From: Haliotis asinina
Taxonomy: Eukaryota
Direction of reading: 5' to 3'
Length of the DNA stretch: 64,000 bases
Assembly (NCBI RefSeq): GCF_037392515.1
Contig: NC_090294.1
Coordinates: 14,347,038-14,411,037 of the forward strand
How positions within the stretch are numbered: position 1 is the first letter of the stretch; the number at the start of each line of letters is the position of its first letter. The notes beneath the pieces were generated by a model. The model was not told the origin of the DNA. It saw only the letters and a program-made list of their open reading frames with translations, and did not search any database. Below are positions 14,450 through 25,924 of this stretch, piece by piece. Both the position numbers and the translations under genes were made by a program.

Positions 14450-17345
14450 ATGCACCCAAATCCAGTGAAGGCAGGCTACTGTAACATTCAAGTTGACGCC
14501 TACTTTCCCAACCCGCTCAGGTGTTTTAAATGCCAGAAACATGGACACGGTGTAAATAGTTGCACATTGTCTGTTGTGTGTGCTCACTGTGGTGAGAAAA
14601 CACACACAACAGAAGATTGTGACAGTGATTTTGAAAAGTACACCAACTGCTCAGGCAACCACTCCTCATTTTCTAAACAGTGTCCTATTTGGAAAGAGCA
14701 AATGGAGATAAACAGAATATAGTTTACTCAAAATATCTCTTTTTCTGAGGCACAAAAAATGGTAAAGAGATCTGATCTTCCAGAAAGTTATGCTACAGTA
14801 GGAAAACCATCATCTGAGTCTAGCTCTAAAGTAACAAAATCATCCACAGGCTGCCAAATTACCCTGACTTGGGTAAATTGCGTTTCTCCACACCTTTTGT
14901 CCCCTGCTATATCGTCTCAGATTGAGGAATCACTTCCTAGTACAGTACAATACTTTTATAACGAAGTACAAGGGACCACTGAAATTAGTTCGTTATATCC
15001 GTAGTTCGCTATTCACAAAAACCCATTGAAAGAACAGTAAATCACACTATACAGTACAAGACATTCCTACTCAGTTTATTCATACATTCATTCATATTAC
15101 GTTCTTTTCACTACAAAGCCAGTAATCTTACACAGGTCACTCGTCACTACTCACTCGTCATTGAATATATCGTATTTTGAAAGTCTCACGAGTGTCAAAA
15201 GCTTCTGTACATCAGAGTCTTCGTCTGATCACAAATCATCATCATCTCAGTCACACTCAAGGTCTCAATCGACACCTGATAGTCAACAAACTGTTAAAAG
15301 TAAACCAAAGCCTAAGCCTGGTGCTTCAAAAGAACAAAGTGGCAAAGCTCCTAAAGGGTCATAATATAAAATTCAATTGCTTAATAAATATGGGTCTCTT
15401 GGAGACATGGATGGTTCTGAAAACGTCCATTCTAGGGCACATAGCTTGTCGCACTGATTAATAAACAACACGCTGTGTCTATCTTTTTGATTTCGAAAAA
15501 GCATATGACAGTACGAGGAAATATGGCATTTTAAGAGATTTACATGACTTCGACTTGAGAGGTCGTTTGCCTGAATTTATAGCCAACTTTCTAAATGACA
15601 GACAGTTCCAGATCCATGTGGTCTCCACCCTGTCTAATCATTACAATCAGGGTCAGGGTGTCCCGCAAGGCAGTATTTTGTCTGTCACTCTTTTTAGCGT
15701 CAAGATCAACAGTTTATCAAAAGTTTTAAACGATTTAATAGATGGATCGTTATTTGTGGATGATTTTAATATTTCATGTCGTGGGACAAATATGCATACT
15801 ACTGAACGGCAACTACAGTTGTGTTTAAACAAAATAGATAAATGGTGTCTTTAAAACGGCTTCAAATTTTCTAAATAAAAACATCAATTGTATACTCTTC
15901 TGTCGTAAATACAAACATCATAAAGACCCAGAAGTATTTCTAAGTGGTACCCCAATCAAAGTGGTCAAGGAGGCCAAGTTCTTGAGATTTTTTTTCGATT
16001 CACATTTGACCTTTTTGCCGCATATTAAATCCCTTAAAGCAAAATGTCTGAAGGCACTCGATTTATTAAAGGTTGTTTCTAATTCAAAATGGGGAGGGGA
16101 TCAAACTACCCTTCTCCACTTATATAGATCACTGGTGCGATCTAAACGTGATTACTCCTCCATCGTATATGGTGGAGCTTGTCAAAGCAACCTAAAACTA
16201 CTTGATTCTGTGCACCACCAAGGCCGAAGACTTTGTCTTGGTTCTTTTAGAACCTCTCCTGTCGACAGTCTATACGTCGATGCTGATAAACCTTCTCTCA
16301 ACCAACGCCGTATGAAACTATCTTTACAATACATTACAAAATTAGCTTCTAATGAGTCTAATCCTGCATTTAATTGTGTCTTCAATCCCCTTTATGAGGA
16401 TTTGTATAATAAAAAGTCTTCCCTTGTCCCGCCTCTTGGGTTCAGAATTAAGCCATTTCCTGTTGCTTCTAGCATTGAGCTGGAAAATATAGCTCCTTCC
16501 CGACTTCTTTCTTCTCCTCCTTGGCAATTGGTTAGGCCCCAAGTGGATCTAACATTAACTATACACATTAAAAAATCAGAAGCTAATGATTTACAATACA
16601 AACAAGAATATAATCAATTAAAACATAAATATAGCAAGTGTAAATCCTTATTTACAAAGCGGTCCAAGGACGGTGGCGCAGTGGCTTGTGCCACTGTCAC
16701 TGGATCCAGAACCAACGTCATACTAACGGCTCTTAAATATATTCAAAGACACCCTAAACATAAACAGTATATAATCTATATCGACTCTTTCTTGCCTTCA
16801 GGCTATTAAAAATATTTCTTGTAAACATCCACTTTTAACTGAAATTCTTGAATCGTATAATAATCTTGCTACTGGCCAATACGAAATCGTCTTCTGTTGG
16901 TTACCCAGCCTCGTAGGCATTTCCGGTAACGCAATGGCCGATCTTGCTGCTAAGCCAGCACTCAATAAATCTGTGACACCACTTCTTATTCCATACACTG
17001 ATTACAAAGCTAGCATTAGAACTTACATCCGTGATCTGATGAAGAAGTGTGACACCCAAGTAGGTATAAATAAATTACACGTACACGAAATAAAACCGTA
17101 TATTAGTTACACCTACTTGGGCTGCCAGTCCAGATTTGGAGAGGTTAGTTTACGACGATGACGTATTGGCCTTACTAGATATACTCACGCATACCTGTTA
17201 AAAGGTGAGGATCCTCCATTTTGTATCCCCTGTGATGAGAGAGTCATGGTCAAGCATATCCTGCTTGACTGTGTTGAATTCTCCATCACAAGGGATAAAT
17301 ATTTCAATGTCAAAACTATCAAGGATCTTTTTAACAGCGTTAGTT
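14450..17345 (+). mobile_element. Non-LTR retrotransposon (LINE) remnant with a large internal deletion: ORF1 zinc knuckle, truncated endonuclease start fused to mid-RT, RT C-terminal domain, RNase H-like segment, C-terminal Cys-rich motif
   Basis: ORF 14450-14722 has two CX2CX3-4HX4C knuckles. 15480-15854 carries RT motifs (FDFEKAYDS..., GVPQGSILS, FVDDF = YXDD). 15961-16809 is an RT thumb-like region. 16860-17000 reads WLPSLVGISGNAMADLAAK, which is RNase H-like. 17170-17340 reads CIPCDERVMVKHILLDC. Several frame changes are present. Confidence 0.75.
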
Positions 17346-18321
17346 CTCATTCAATCATTGTTGTTTTTTTTTTTTTAAAAAGATGATTTCATTGTTGAAT
17401 TGTGAGCAATATGTTTCTGTATATAGATCTATTTTAATGATTGGTAGTTTAGATTAGTAACTAGAATTGTTAATGGCTGTACCCTCAAAGGAGGTTGAAG
17501 TAATGTAAAATTATTGTCCTCCTGAGAGGGTACGTACGTCCCAAAACATTTCATGAAAATTTAAGTCTACCAGGTTTCTAATCGTAGTATTCATATTATT
17601 TTAATTTTGACTAACATTTCATACACTGTCCAGCAGCTGGGAGGATGATGTAAATCCATCTAGGGTCCATGCAGGTAGCAAAGGTACTGTAAGTCCCCAT
17701 GGTCCCAAGTATGGTGATCTACCTTCGGTTGTTGGAGATCTATAGCCGCTTTTTATATTGTTTTGTCCAGATAAAGATATTAATTTTAACTTTCCACGCT
17801 AGTCTTAATGATAATTGTGATATTCTAGTTCTTTTATTGTCCTTCGTTGACAGGTTTTATAATGTACATATGGTCGTTTTCATTATTGAATGTTCTCGTC
17901 ACGATACGGGTGAAATATTGCCGATGTGACTTTAAATGTTAACTCAGTCAGTGAATTAGAAACAACCCAACTCAGTAGACTTTATTACAAAGCAATATCA
18001 ACCTGTACAAACTACTGAAGGTTGTTTCATGGGACAGCGCTGGTGTTAGCTTGTCGGTAAGGTTTAGTGTTTCTTCATAAAACCTTGACGTTAAGGTTAA
18101 GTGATCGTGTAGTGGCGGGTGACAAGCGAAGATCATATTCATGCGAAAATTTGACATTTACGCCGAATATCTTGGGTAAAAATCGGCGGATCCGACGTAA
18201 GAGGCTGAGGTATGGAGCAATGCAGGGCACACTCCGCATTAGATAACTGCCTGCCATCGCGCTTTCCAGAATGACATAAGCAGATCGAGAGATTTTCAAA
18301 GGGGTTAGGGGGAAAAAGACG

Positions 18322-18322
<1 letters not shown>

Positions 18323-18391
<69 letters not shown>
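18323..18391. repeat. (CA)n microsatellite, ~34 units
   Basis: Direct reading. Confidence 0.95.
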
Positions 18392-18395
<4 letters not shown>

Positions 18396-21300
18396 TATCC
18401 GTCAGTATTAACCGTATATAGAAAATGGCGTCTTTGAACTAATAAGAACTTACACAGGTGCAACACAGAACTGAGAATTTGAGGATGGAGACAGAAAGAT
18501 GAGGAACTGTCTTGCACCAATAATTCTGATGACGAAGTGGACCGTGGCAGAATGACATGTCTGTGTTGGTCTGATGCAAGGCTGTACATGTTACTTGAAT
18601 GTGATGTGCAGGGTAAAACACAACTTTGCAGATTCTGATACTTTTCCGTATGTGCTTATCGAAACAATTTTTCAAAATGCCAATCCAGCCTATAAAGCTG
18701 AAAAACACCGTGAAATCGGAGTTCAAACGATTCACGTTTTTTCCCCAGCGTTGTGGTAAAAAGTAGTTTCAACAGCTACTCTGCGCTCTTAACGCATGCC
18801 CTGAGAATAGGTTCGCATAGCTTGAAACAATATGCATGCCCGGGGTATGAGGTCGTGAGCAGTAATCTAATCTTGGTTGTGTACACAAATAAGTAAATAA
18901 TCTACACGTTACTTGAGAAAACAACATGGTGATTGCGATAAGCAGACTCTGTCACGAAGAAAACAGAATTAATGTCTGGTTTATTCACACCCGTATGACT
19001 GCCTGCCCGACTGCCTGCCTATTTACTAATGACAATATGCAATACACAACTTCAATCACTGACCACGTGCATTTTGAAATTAACGCTTATCGGGCTTATA
19101 AACAAAGAGCCGGCTAAGTGTATCGGCTAAAGAACCAGTGGCCAAATGAAAAGGGTTCGTTACACTTGAGTGCGCACCCACTCTGCCTGGGTTCGGTATC
19201 GCGGCTGCTTCGTTCTGAGAGAGGTAAACCAAAGTACAAAATATTGCACTTTTGACTTGCGATCATACGCTTATAATTCTGTTTATTTGTTTTTTTTCTT
19301 TATCAGCAATGCACTTTAGATATAATAAATAAGGTATAACGGTGGTTTAATTATGTTTGATTTGTTTTGTTGCATTTGACCTTTAATAGCGATTTTCCTG
19401 TCTGTGACTAATGTATAAGTATAGATCCAAGAAAGGTATTTACTGACGTAGGTTGGAGTGATAATTCATCTCCGTGACGTCCAAGTACCGATAAACACTG
19501 CTCAACCGTAATCCATATACTATTTTCCACCAACTTATAACACATACTTCCACAAACTAAGTCTTGAATGTCCGAAGGAATGTTATCAAAAATATTACCA
19601 ACGCCTAAGCACATCAGTCATATTTACCATTTAATGATAGGTATTCCATGAAAAAAAATAGATGTTCTCATCCATAGTCTGTAATGTATTTCGCACAATT
19701 TATAATTTAGTGGTCTTATAAGTTAAATGCGATTAATTCTACTCAATATGTTTTGCCACTTTACATTAATAAGCCTCTGTTTGAACATGAATATAAAATG
19801 ATTAAACCTGCCATTATCATGACTAAACCACACAAATTCAAACCCAGTGGTTTTAACAAACATTTTAAATATGATGTCCAAGTATATCTACCAGCTGAGT
19901 GGAGATTTTTTTCCAACAAAATGTAACATTGTTAATGAAACCTTTCAGATACTTAAATACACACCAGCGGCGTAGACATGTAACTTAATAACCAATACGT
20001 ATACAATATCCACCACAATAAGCTAATATATCATTATTAGAAACATGTTTACAAGCACAATTTTACAGAGATTTGTATGAAATTTGTCAATCAACTGTCG
20101 CTCGTGATAACACCACACTCTTGCACCCAAAAGTATAAGTGGCTTCACTTTGGCATCAAAGAGCTTAAAAAGATTATTAACTGGATACTCGTGGATTAGC
20201 ATTTTAATAGAAAACAATACGTTGTTAGCTATGGTTGATGGTGTCTTTGTGCTTTTAGTCAATGACAGTCGGGTAGAGAAGAGTATTCCAAGACAAATGT
20301 AGTACGTAGAAATGTTTAGCTGCTCATATAGTACTTCGATAAGTTTCACAGTGAAACATTGTGTTGATTCTTTCATTTAAGGGTGTTATTCGCAGTATTT
20401 TAGCTGGAAGATTAAGAACTATCACATCCACCGAAGCGCTCTGAAAATCTTCGTCTTTCCTTCACTCACATCTTCTCGTGGATCACAGAAGATGGTGATT
20501 ATCCGACATCATCTCGGACAATTAACAAGGTATGCGGGGAAAGGTGTAAACATAAACTGGAGCGCTCTAAAACAAGAAGCAGTAACTCGTCCAGTCACAG
20601 AAAGAAACGAAATATCTCGTTCTTCCAACAGACGGTTATATCAACATCTGAGAAAAGAATATATGTCATGTGGGTAATAGTATCACCAGCAGTCGCTACG
20701 CTTCCGGGTTTTGTTGTAAACAGCGAAACTGGAGAATTAGTCTTAAAGTTATCCGCAACGAGTGCACATACAAACGGGTGTCATGAGTCACGACAAGGAA
20801 GGAGGCATAACTGGGCTGATGCCCTACCAATACGTCCACGTATTGGATCTGGTGAGCTATTTGAGAGGTCAAGTTATTGACAGGTGCTCGTCACTTCTGC
20901 TCGGGTCACCGTCGATCGCTCAATTCACTGGGTCATGAGCAGTCGACCTGCACATTGCAAATTTAACAGTGACCTGCAAACCCGCTGACATGTTTCGAAT
21001 TACGTTTCTGTTCCCAAGGTTCATACAACTCTAGTTTAATGTAATCGTTTTCAATTAGCGATATTTCCTTTGAATTTGATCGATCTTGAGATGAGTCAAT
21101 TGACTGCCAATAGTCAATCACCGAATCAGTCGTTCAGCCAGGTTTCTCAATTTATATCTGCAAACGACGTGTCTACATCGCTCACCTCAGTGTAGTTTAA
21201 TTACCCTAATTATAATAATGAGTCGGTCATTTTTATTGATCCGTAGATATATGCTGGCTATTACTCTGATGGATGGGACTCAACCCATCAAACGTACTAG

Positions 21301-21848
21301 AAAAACTGTTTTACTATTAAAAGGTAATCCCAAATATGACAGAGAAATTTAGTAGCACCAATCTGAACATGAGCCCAAAGCAGATCCAAATACATGATCG
21401 TTTAGAGACACAACTAATGTATACAACACTTTTATCTGTCCCCTGTTACATTATAAAATGTTTTTCTCCTTTGTTTTGAGTAACCATAAAAGTGTTGTTG
21501 TATATATATTTCTTTAGATCTTCTCCAATATCTGTGGCTAAACATTACTCTAATTTGGTGCTATGTTGTACCCATGGACAACTCCCCTCCCCACCACCCT
21601 CAATAAACCAACAATGAAGCTGTAATCATCGCTCTACATAACCAGTGATACTATATGTGTGTTTTGCTTTTTCTTGCAACCTTGATGACCCTTGCATAAT
21701 ATTTGGTTATAACCCAAATATGACTTTTTATGAGCATACGTGATATATGATATTCCTGAAATCAGGATGCTACCATGAACATATGGTCAGACCACTGTTA
21801 CGTTTGACATGATGATGAAATATGTGCTGTTCTTGTTCTTTGTTGCAG

Positions 21849-21982
21849 ACAACGAACATCACACGGCTGGAAGTCGGGCCACAGACCCTTGTCCTGAAGA
21901 GTAATGAACGTCTGGAGGCTGGACCTCTACCTATGATTGTTGTTCCTCCTGGTCACTACATCAGTGTCACAGACCCAGTCAG
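21849..21982 (+). CDS. MVP: MVP coding exon (first one found; encodes TTNITRLEVGPQTLVLKSNERLEAGPLPMIVVPPGHYISVTDPV)
   Basis: Acceptor ttctttgttgcag|ACAACG, donor CAG|gtcagt. Aligns to human MVP [45 protein letters not shown]. Confidence 0.85.
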
Positions 21983-22039
21983 GTCAGTTGATCTTGGTCA
22001 CTACTTTAACTGTTGCAGACCCCATCAGGTGAGGTCATC

Positions 22040-23095
22040 TCAGTCACCAGAGCAGTGACACAGACCCCATCAGGTGAGGTCACATCAGTCACCATAAATG
22101 TGTCACAAACCCCATTAGAAGAGGTCATCTCAGGCCCCAAAACAGTCACAGACCCCATCAGGTGAGGTCATTTCAGTCACCATAATAGTGTCACAGACCG
22201 CATCAGGTGAGGTCTTCTCAGTCACTATAACAGAGTCACAGTGCCCATCAGGTGAGGTCACGTCAGTCGCCATAACAGTGTCACAGACACCATCAGGTGA
22301 AGTCACATCAGTCACCATAGCAGCGTCTCAGACTCCAGTGGGTGAGGTCACCTCGGTCACCATAACAGAGTCACAGACCCGTTCAAGTCCGTTCTTCCCC
22401 GTCAGCATGGACCTAAGAGGTCCCATCACATGTTAATCTGTGATAGTGTCACAGACCGCATCAGGTGAGGTCATCTCAGTCACCATAACAGAGTCAAAGT
22501 GGCCATCAGGTGAGGTCATGTCAGTCGCCATAACAGTGTCACAGACACCATCAGGTGAAGTCACATCAGTCACCATAGCAGCATCACAGACCCCTTTCAG
22601 GTGAGGTCATCTTGGGCCCCAGTACAGTGTCACAGTCCCCATCAGTTGAGGTCATCTTGGTCACCATAATAGTGTCACAGACCCCATCAGGTGAGGTCAT
22701 CTCAGTCACCATAAATGTGTCACAAACCCTATTAGAAGAGGTCATCTCAGGCCCCAAAACAGTCACAGACCCCATCAGGTGAGGTCATCTTGGTCACCAT
22801 AACAGTGTCACAGACCCCATCAGGTGAGGTCATCTCAGTCACCATAATAGTGTCACAGACCGCATCAGGTGAGGTCTTCTCAGTCACTATAACAGAGTCA
22901 CAGTGCCCATCAGGTGAGGTCACGTCAGTCGCCATAACAGTGTCACAGACACCATCAGGTGAAGTCACATCAGTCACCATAGCAGCGTCTCCAGTGGGTG
23001 AGGTCACCTCGGTCACCATAACAGAGTCACAGACCCGTTCAAGTCCGTTCTTCCCCGTCAGCATGGACCTAAGAGGTCCCATCACATGTTAATCT
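22040..23095. repeat. Minisatellite with ~60-bp GTCACAGACCCCATCAGGTGAGGTCAYCTCAGTCACCATAA-type units; a ~380-bp higher-order block (22060-22440) is near-identically repeated at 22700-23095
   Basis: Direct reading. The unit resembles the exon end plus donor immediately upstream (GTCACAGACCCAGTCAG|GTCAGTTGATCTTGGTCAC). Confidence 0.9.
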
Positions 23096-23253
23096 GCCAA
23101 TACTAAATGTTAGCATCACATCTGGTAGTTGGTCCAGAAAGACAGATGACAACCTCTGAGCCTTTACCGTGATGTTGCTCTTGTTAACAGTTGTATGTTT
23201 CTAGGTGTTGATGAAGATGTCTTATGTTTACTTTGTTGCTGTTTCATTTCTAG

Positions 23254-23317
23254 CCACTATGAGGCAGGCAAGGCATGTGAGCTCAAACTTGGGCAAAAGG
23301 AAGTAAGACTCCATCAG
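23254..23317 (+). CDS. MVP: MVP coding exon (S)HYEAGKACELKLGQKEVRLHQ
   Basis: Acceptor tttcatttctag|C, donor CAG|gtaggt. Completes NPVS-like DPVS across the splice. EVRLHQ|DPFPLYPG corresponds to human EIRLAQ|DPFPLYPG. Confidence 0.75.
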
Positions 23318-23623
23318 GTAGGTAACATCAATCAAAGGACTCATTTTCCTTTAGATACCATGGTGTTTCCAAGACAGTGAGGTCAAAATGATGTACATTA
23401 ATCCATATAGATATATATTTACTGCAGAACAATTGAGGTAGAATAGGGAGGTAGCAGACAAATTTTGCATTTGGTCTGAAGTGCATTGTCCTGAGTCTGA
23501 TTGTGGTGTTCAATGATCCAGTAAACAATGCCTAAAACAGAAACAGTCCCCTTTGCCATTCTTTTCTTCACCACATACTGTAGATACTACCTTCATGAGC
23601 CTGAATCTCTCTTCTTCCTTCAG

Positions 23624-23848
23624 GACCCATTCCCTCTTTACCCAGGTGAATCGCTCACACTGGCTCCAGAATACGTCCAGCAGCGGGGTCAGTACCAGAA
23701 GGCTGTCCGTCCCCTCCCTGTTATCAAAGCCAACCATGCCATCCGCCTTCGTGCCCTCCTAGACCTGGAGGACTCAGGGGTGAAGAGGAAAGAAGAGGAG
23801 ATGTGGCAGCTGCCTGGACCGCTGACCTACATTCCTAGAGCTGATGTG
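23624..23848 (+). CDS. MVP: MVP coding exon DPFPLYPGESL...GPLTYIPRADV
   Basis: Acceptor cttccttcag|GACCC, donor GTG|gtgagt. Strong match to human DPFPLYPGEVL...GPGTYIPRKEV. Confidence 0.9.
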
Positions 23849-24140
23849 GTGAGTAGGCTACATTCCTAGAACTGGTGTGGTGAGTAGACTACATTCCTTG
23901 CACTGATGTGGTGAGAAGGCTACATTCCTAGCGCTGATGTGGTGAGAAGGCTACATTCCTAGCGCTGATGTGGTGAGTAGGCTACATTCCTAGTGCTGAT
24001 GTGGTGAGAAGGCTACATTCCTAGCGCTGATGTGGTGAGTAGGCTGTATTCCTAGAGCTGATGTGGTGAGTAGGCTACACTCCTAGAGGTAATATAGTGA
24101 GTAGACCGCATTCCTAGAACTGACATGATGAGAAGACTGA
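23826..24140. repeat. 31-bp tandem repeat x ~10 (CTACATTCCTAGNGCTGATGTGGTGAGTAGG) reiterating the exon end and GT donor
   Basis: Direct reading. The first unit is the genuine exon/intron junction GATGTG|gtgagtagg. Confidence 0.9.
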
Positions 24141-24222
24141 AATGTCATAAGATAATGTCCTAAAGTTAATGAAGCAGTGTATCTGATGAGTTCATACACT
24201 TAAAGTGTGATGTTATTAAATA

Positions 24223-25754
24223 TTAATCAGGGGTTCAAAAATCCCATCGCCCGACGCCCGGGACAAGGCAGATTTCATTTCGGGCGTATAAATAATGATA
24301 TCTTACTTGCCCATGGGCTACCTGATAATTACTGCAATGCTTACGGTTCCAACAGGTAAATGTGAGACGATACGAGAGCAAAATGAGGGAACTTTCGCAA
24401 TGATAATAAACTAGAGTTATCTTTCTTTGCTATTTATCCCTCCCCGATCGGGGCCTCGCAGTAAAGCTATTGGAAACCGAAGCGAGCATTTTTATAAATG
24501 ACTGACCAATCACTGACAAGAGAGCCGGCAGGCACGTTTGAGTGAACTGTCAGACCGCGGCTGAATAGCAGACAACTGCCTCGTGTTTTATAAAAAAAAA
24601 AACATGTCACAGAAACTGATGGACAGTTTTTTACAATCGGACACAGGGGTGAAAAGGAAGACCTTGGGTGATGACACCGAAGCCGAGGTTTGCACCAAAC
24701 AATCTAAAGATAAAAAGTACGACAACGAGAAACGGTGTAGACAGTTTCAGAAGTCTTGGTGTTCAAAATGGCAGTGGTTACTTTACAACGAAGAAAAAGA
24801 CATTATGACTTGTGAATATTGTGCACGATTTCCGTCTGTATCCACGAGACATGGGGTAAAGAACACTTTTGTCAGTGGGTGTTCAAAATTCAGAGTAGAA
24901 TATCTGAAAATCCATGACAGTTCAGCCGTTCATGCCGAGTGTTTGTCATATTATTATTATATTCATAGCGGTGAAACCGGTGATTTGGAGGTTGGGGCAA
25001 GCTGCGATAAAGTAGAGAGAGACGGGAAACTTTTGAAGTGTTTTAAAAACATGGACAAGAAGAATTACGATCAAATTGAGAAACTGTTTGTGACAGCATT
25101 TCTCATTGCCAGCAAAGGAAAACCACTAAGTGATTTTGCAATGCACTTAGACTTACTTGACAGGGTTGGTGTGGACATAGGGCATAATTACATAAACATT
25201 GATGGTGCGAGCAAGTTTATTCAAGCAATTTCACATAGTTTGAAAAAAGACTTCCAATCAGATATTAATGAAGCAAACTATGTATCCATTCTTAGTGATG
25301 GGAGTACTGACTCGGCAATTCTTGAACAGGAAACTGTGTTTATTCGTTATGTAAGCCATGGTGTTCCAGTTTCATTCCATGCTGCAGTTGTAACTCTAGA
25401 TCATGCTACTGCTGATGGGGTGTTGGATGGAATAAAAACTACTCTTGAAATGAACGATATTTGTTATGAAAAGCTTGTATCACATGACTGTGAGGGGCCC
25501 AAACTAGTGTCTGCAAACTTTGATGTTCTGTATAAAAACAGTGCCAATTATTACCTGTAAAGAGAGAAAAAAGACGTCCAAACAGTAAACAATAACATCA
25601 AATACCATGTTGATTTATTCTTTCACAATATCATCACAATTATGTCATAAAAATCAGGGCAAGTGGAAAATTAGTCAGGACAAGTTACTTTCTTGAAGTC
25701 ACTTGCCCTGTGGCAAGTGGCTTTTAAAAAAAATTTTGAACCCCTGATTAATTA
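24223..25754 (+). mobile_element. Non-autonomous hAT-superfamily DNA transposon (~1.5 kb) with 18-bp TIRs, inside an MVP intron
   Basis: TTAATCAGGGGTTCAAAA at 24224-24241 and its reverse complement TTTTGAACCCCTGATTAA at 25735-25752. Subterminal GC-rich repeats. Internal ORF has zf-TTF and DUF4371-like hAT transposase regions but lacks the C-terminal hAT dimerisation domain. Confidence 0.75.
24583..25560 (+). pseudogene. Truncated hAT transposase-like ORF (zf-TTF + DUF4371-like, 325 aa)
   Basis: W-x-FPWL-like KSWCSKWQWLLYNEEKDIMTCEYCARF...FVSGCSKFRVEYLKIHDSSAVH (TTF-type zinc finger). FIQAISHSLKKDF...SILSDGSTDSAILEQETVFIRYV (DUF4371-like). Confidence 0.65.
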
Positions 25755-25832
25755 TTAGCTTTCATACACTCACATGTTTATTATGTTCAGTGAAACCGGT
25801 TGTTAACTGTTGTTACTGTTGCCATGTTACAG

Positions 25833-25924
25833 GAAGTTGTCAAGGTTGTGCAGCCATTCATCATCAGGAATGGAGATTCCCTAAATCTACGGGCCATTCA
25901 GGACTGTTATGACAATGATGGAAA
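25833..25924 (+). CDS. MVP: MVP coding exon EVVKVVQPFIIRNGDSLNLRAIQDCYDNDG
   Basis: Acceptor tgttacag|GAAG, donor AA|gtaagg. Matches human [30 protein letters not shown]. Confidence 0.85.

Noticed and set aside
18075-18392. ORFs encoding poly-(Cys-Val) on the minus strand
   Set aside because: They are translations of the (CA)n microsatellite at 18323-18391.
20492-20677. ORF MVIIRHHLGQLTRYAGKG… considered as the MVP first exon
   Set aside because: Only IIR matches the conserved MVP N-terminus, and the donor phase is incompatible with the exon at 21849. It is kept only as a low-confidence finding, not annotated as CDS.
22130-23092. Long ORFs on both strands (e.g. 22747-23085 −, 22790-23092 +) encoding repetitive SQTPSGEVTSVTI / VTDVTSPDGVCDT peptides
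   Set aside because: They coincide exactly with the ~60-bp minisatellite, are open on both strands because of repeat periodicity, and sit inside an MVP intron. They are repeat artefacts, not coding sequence.
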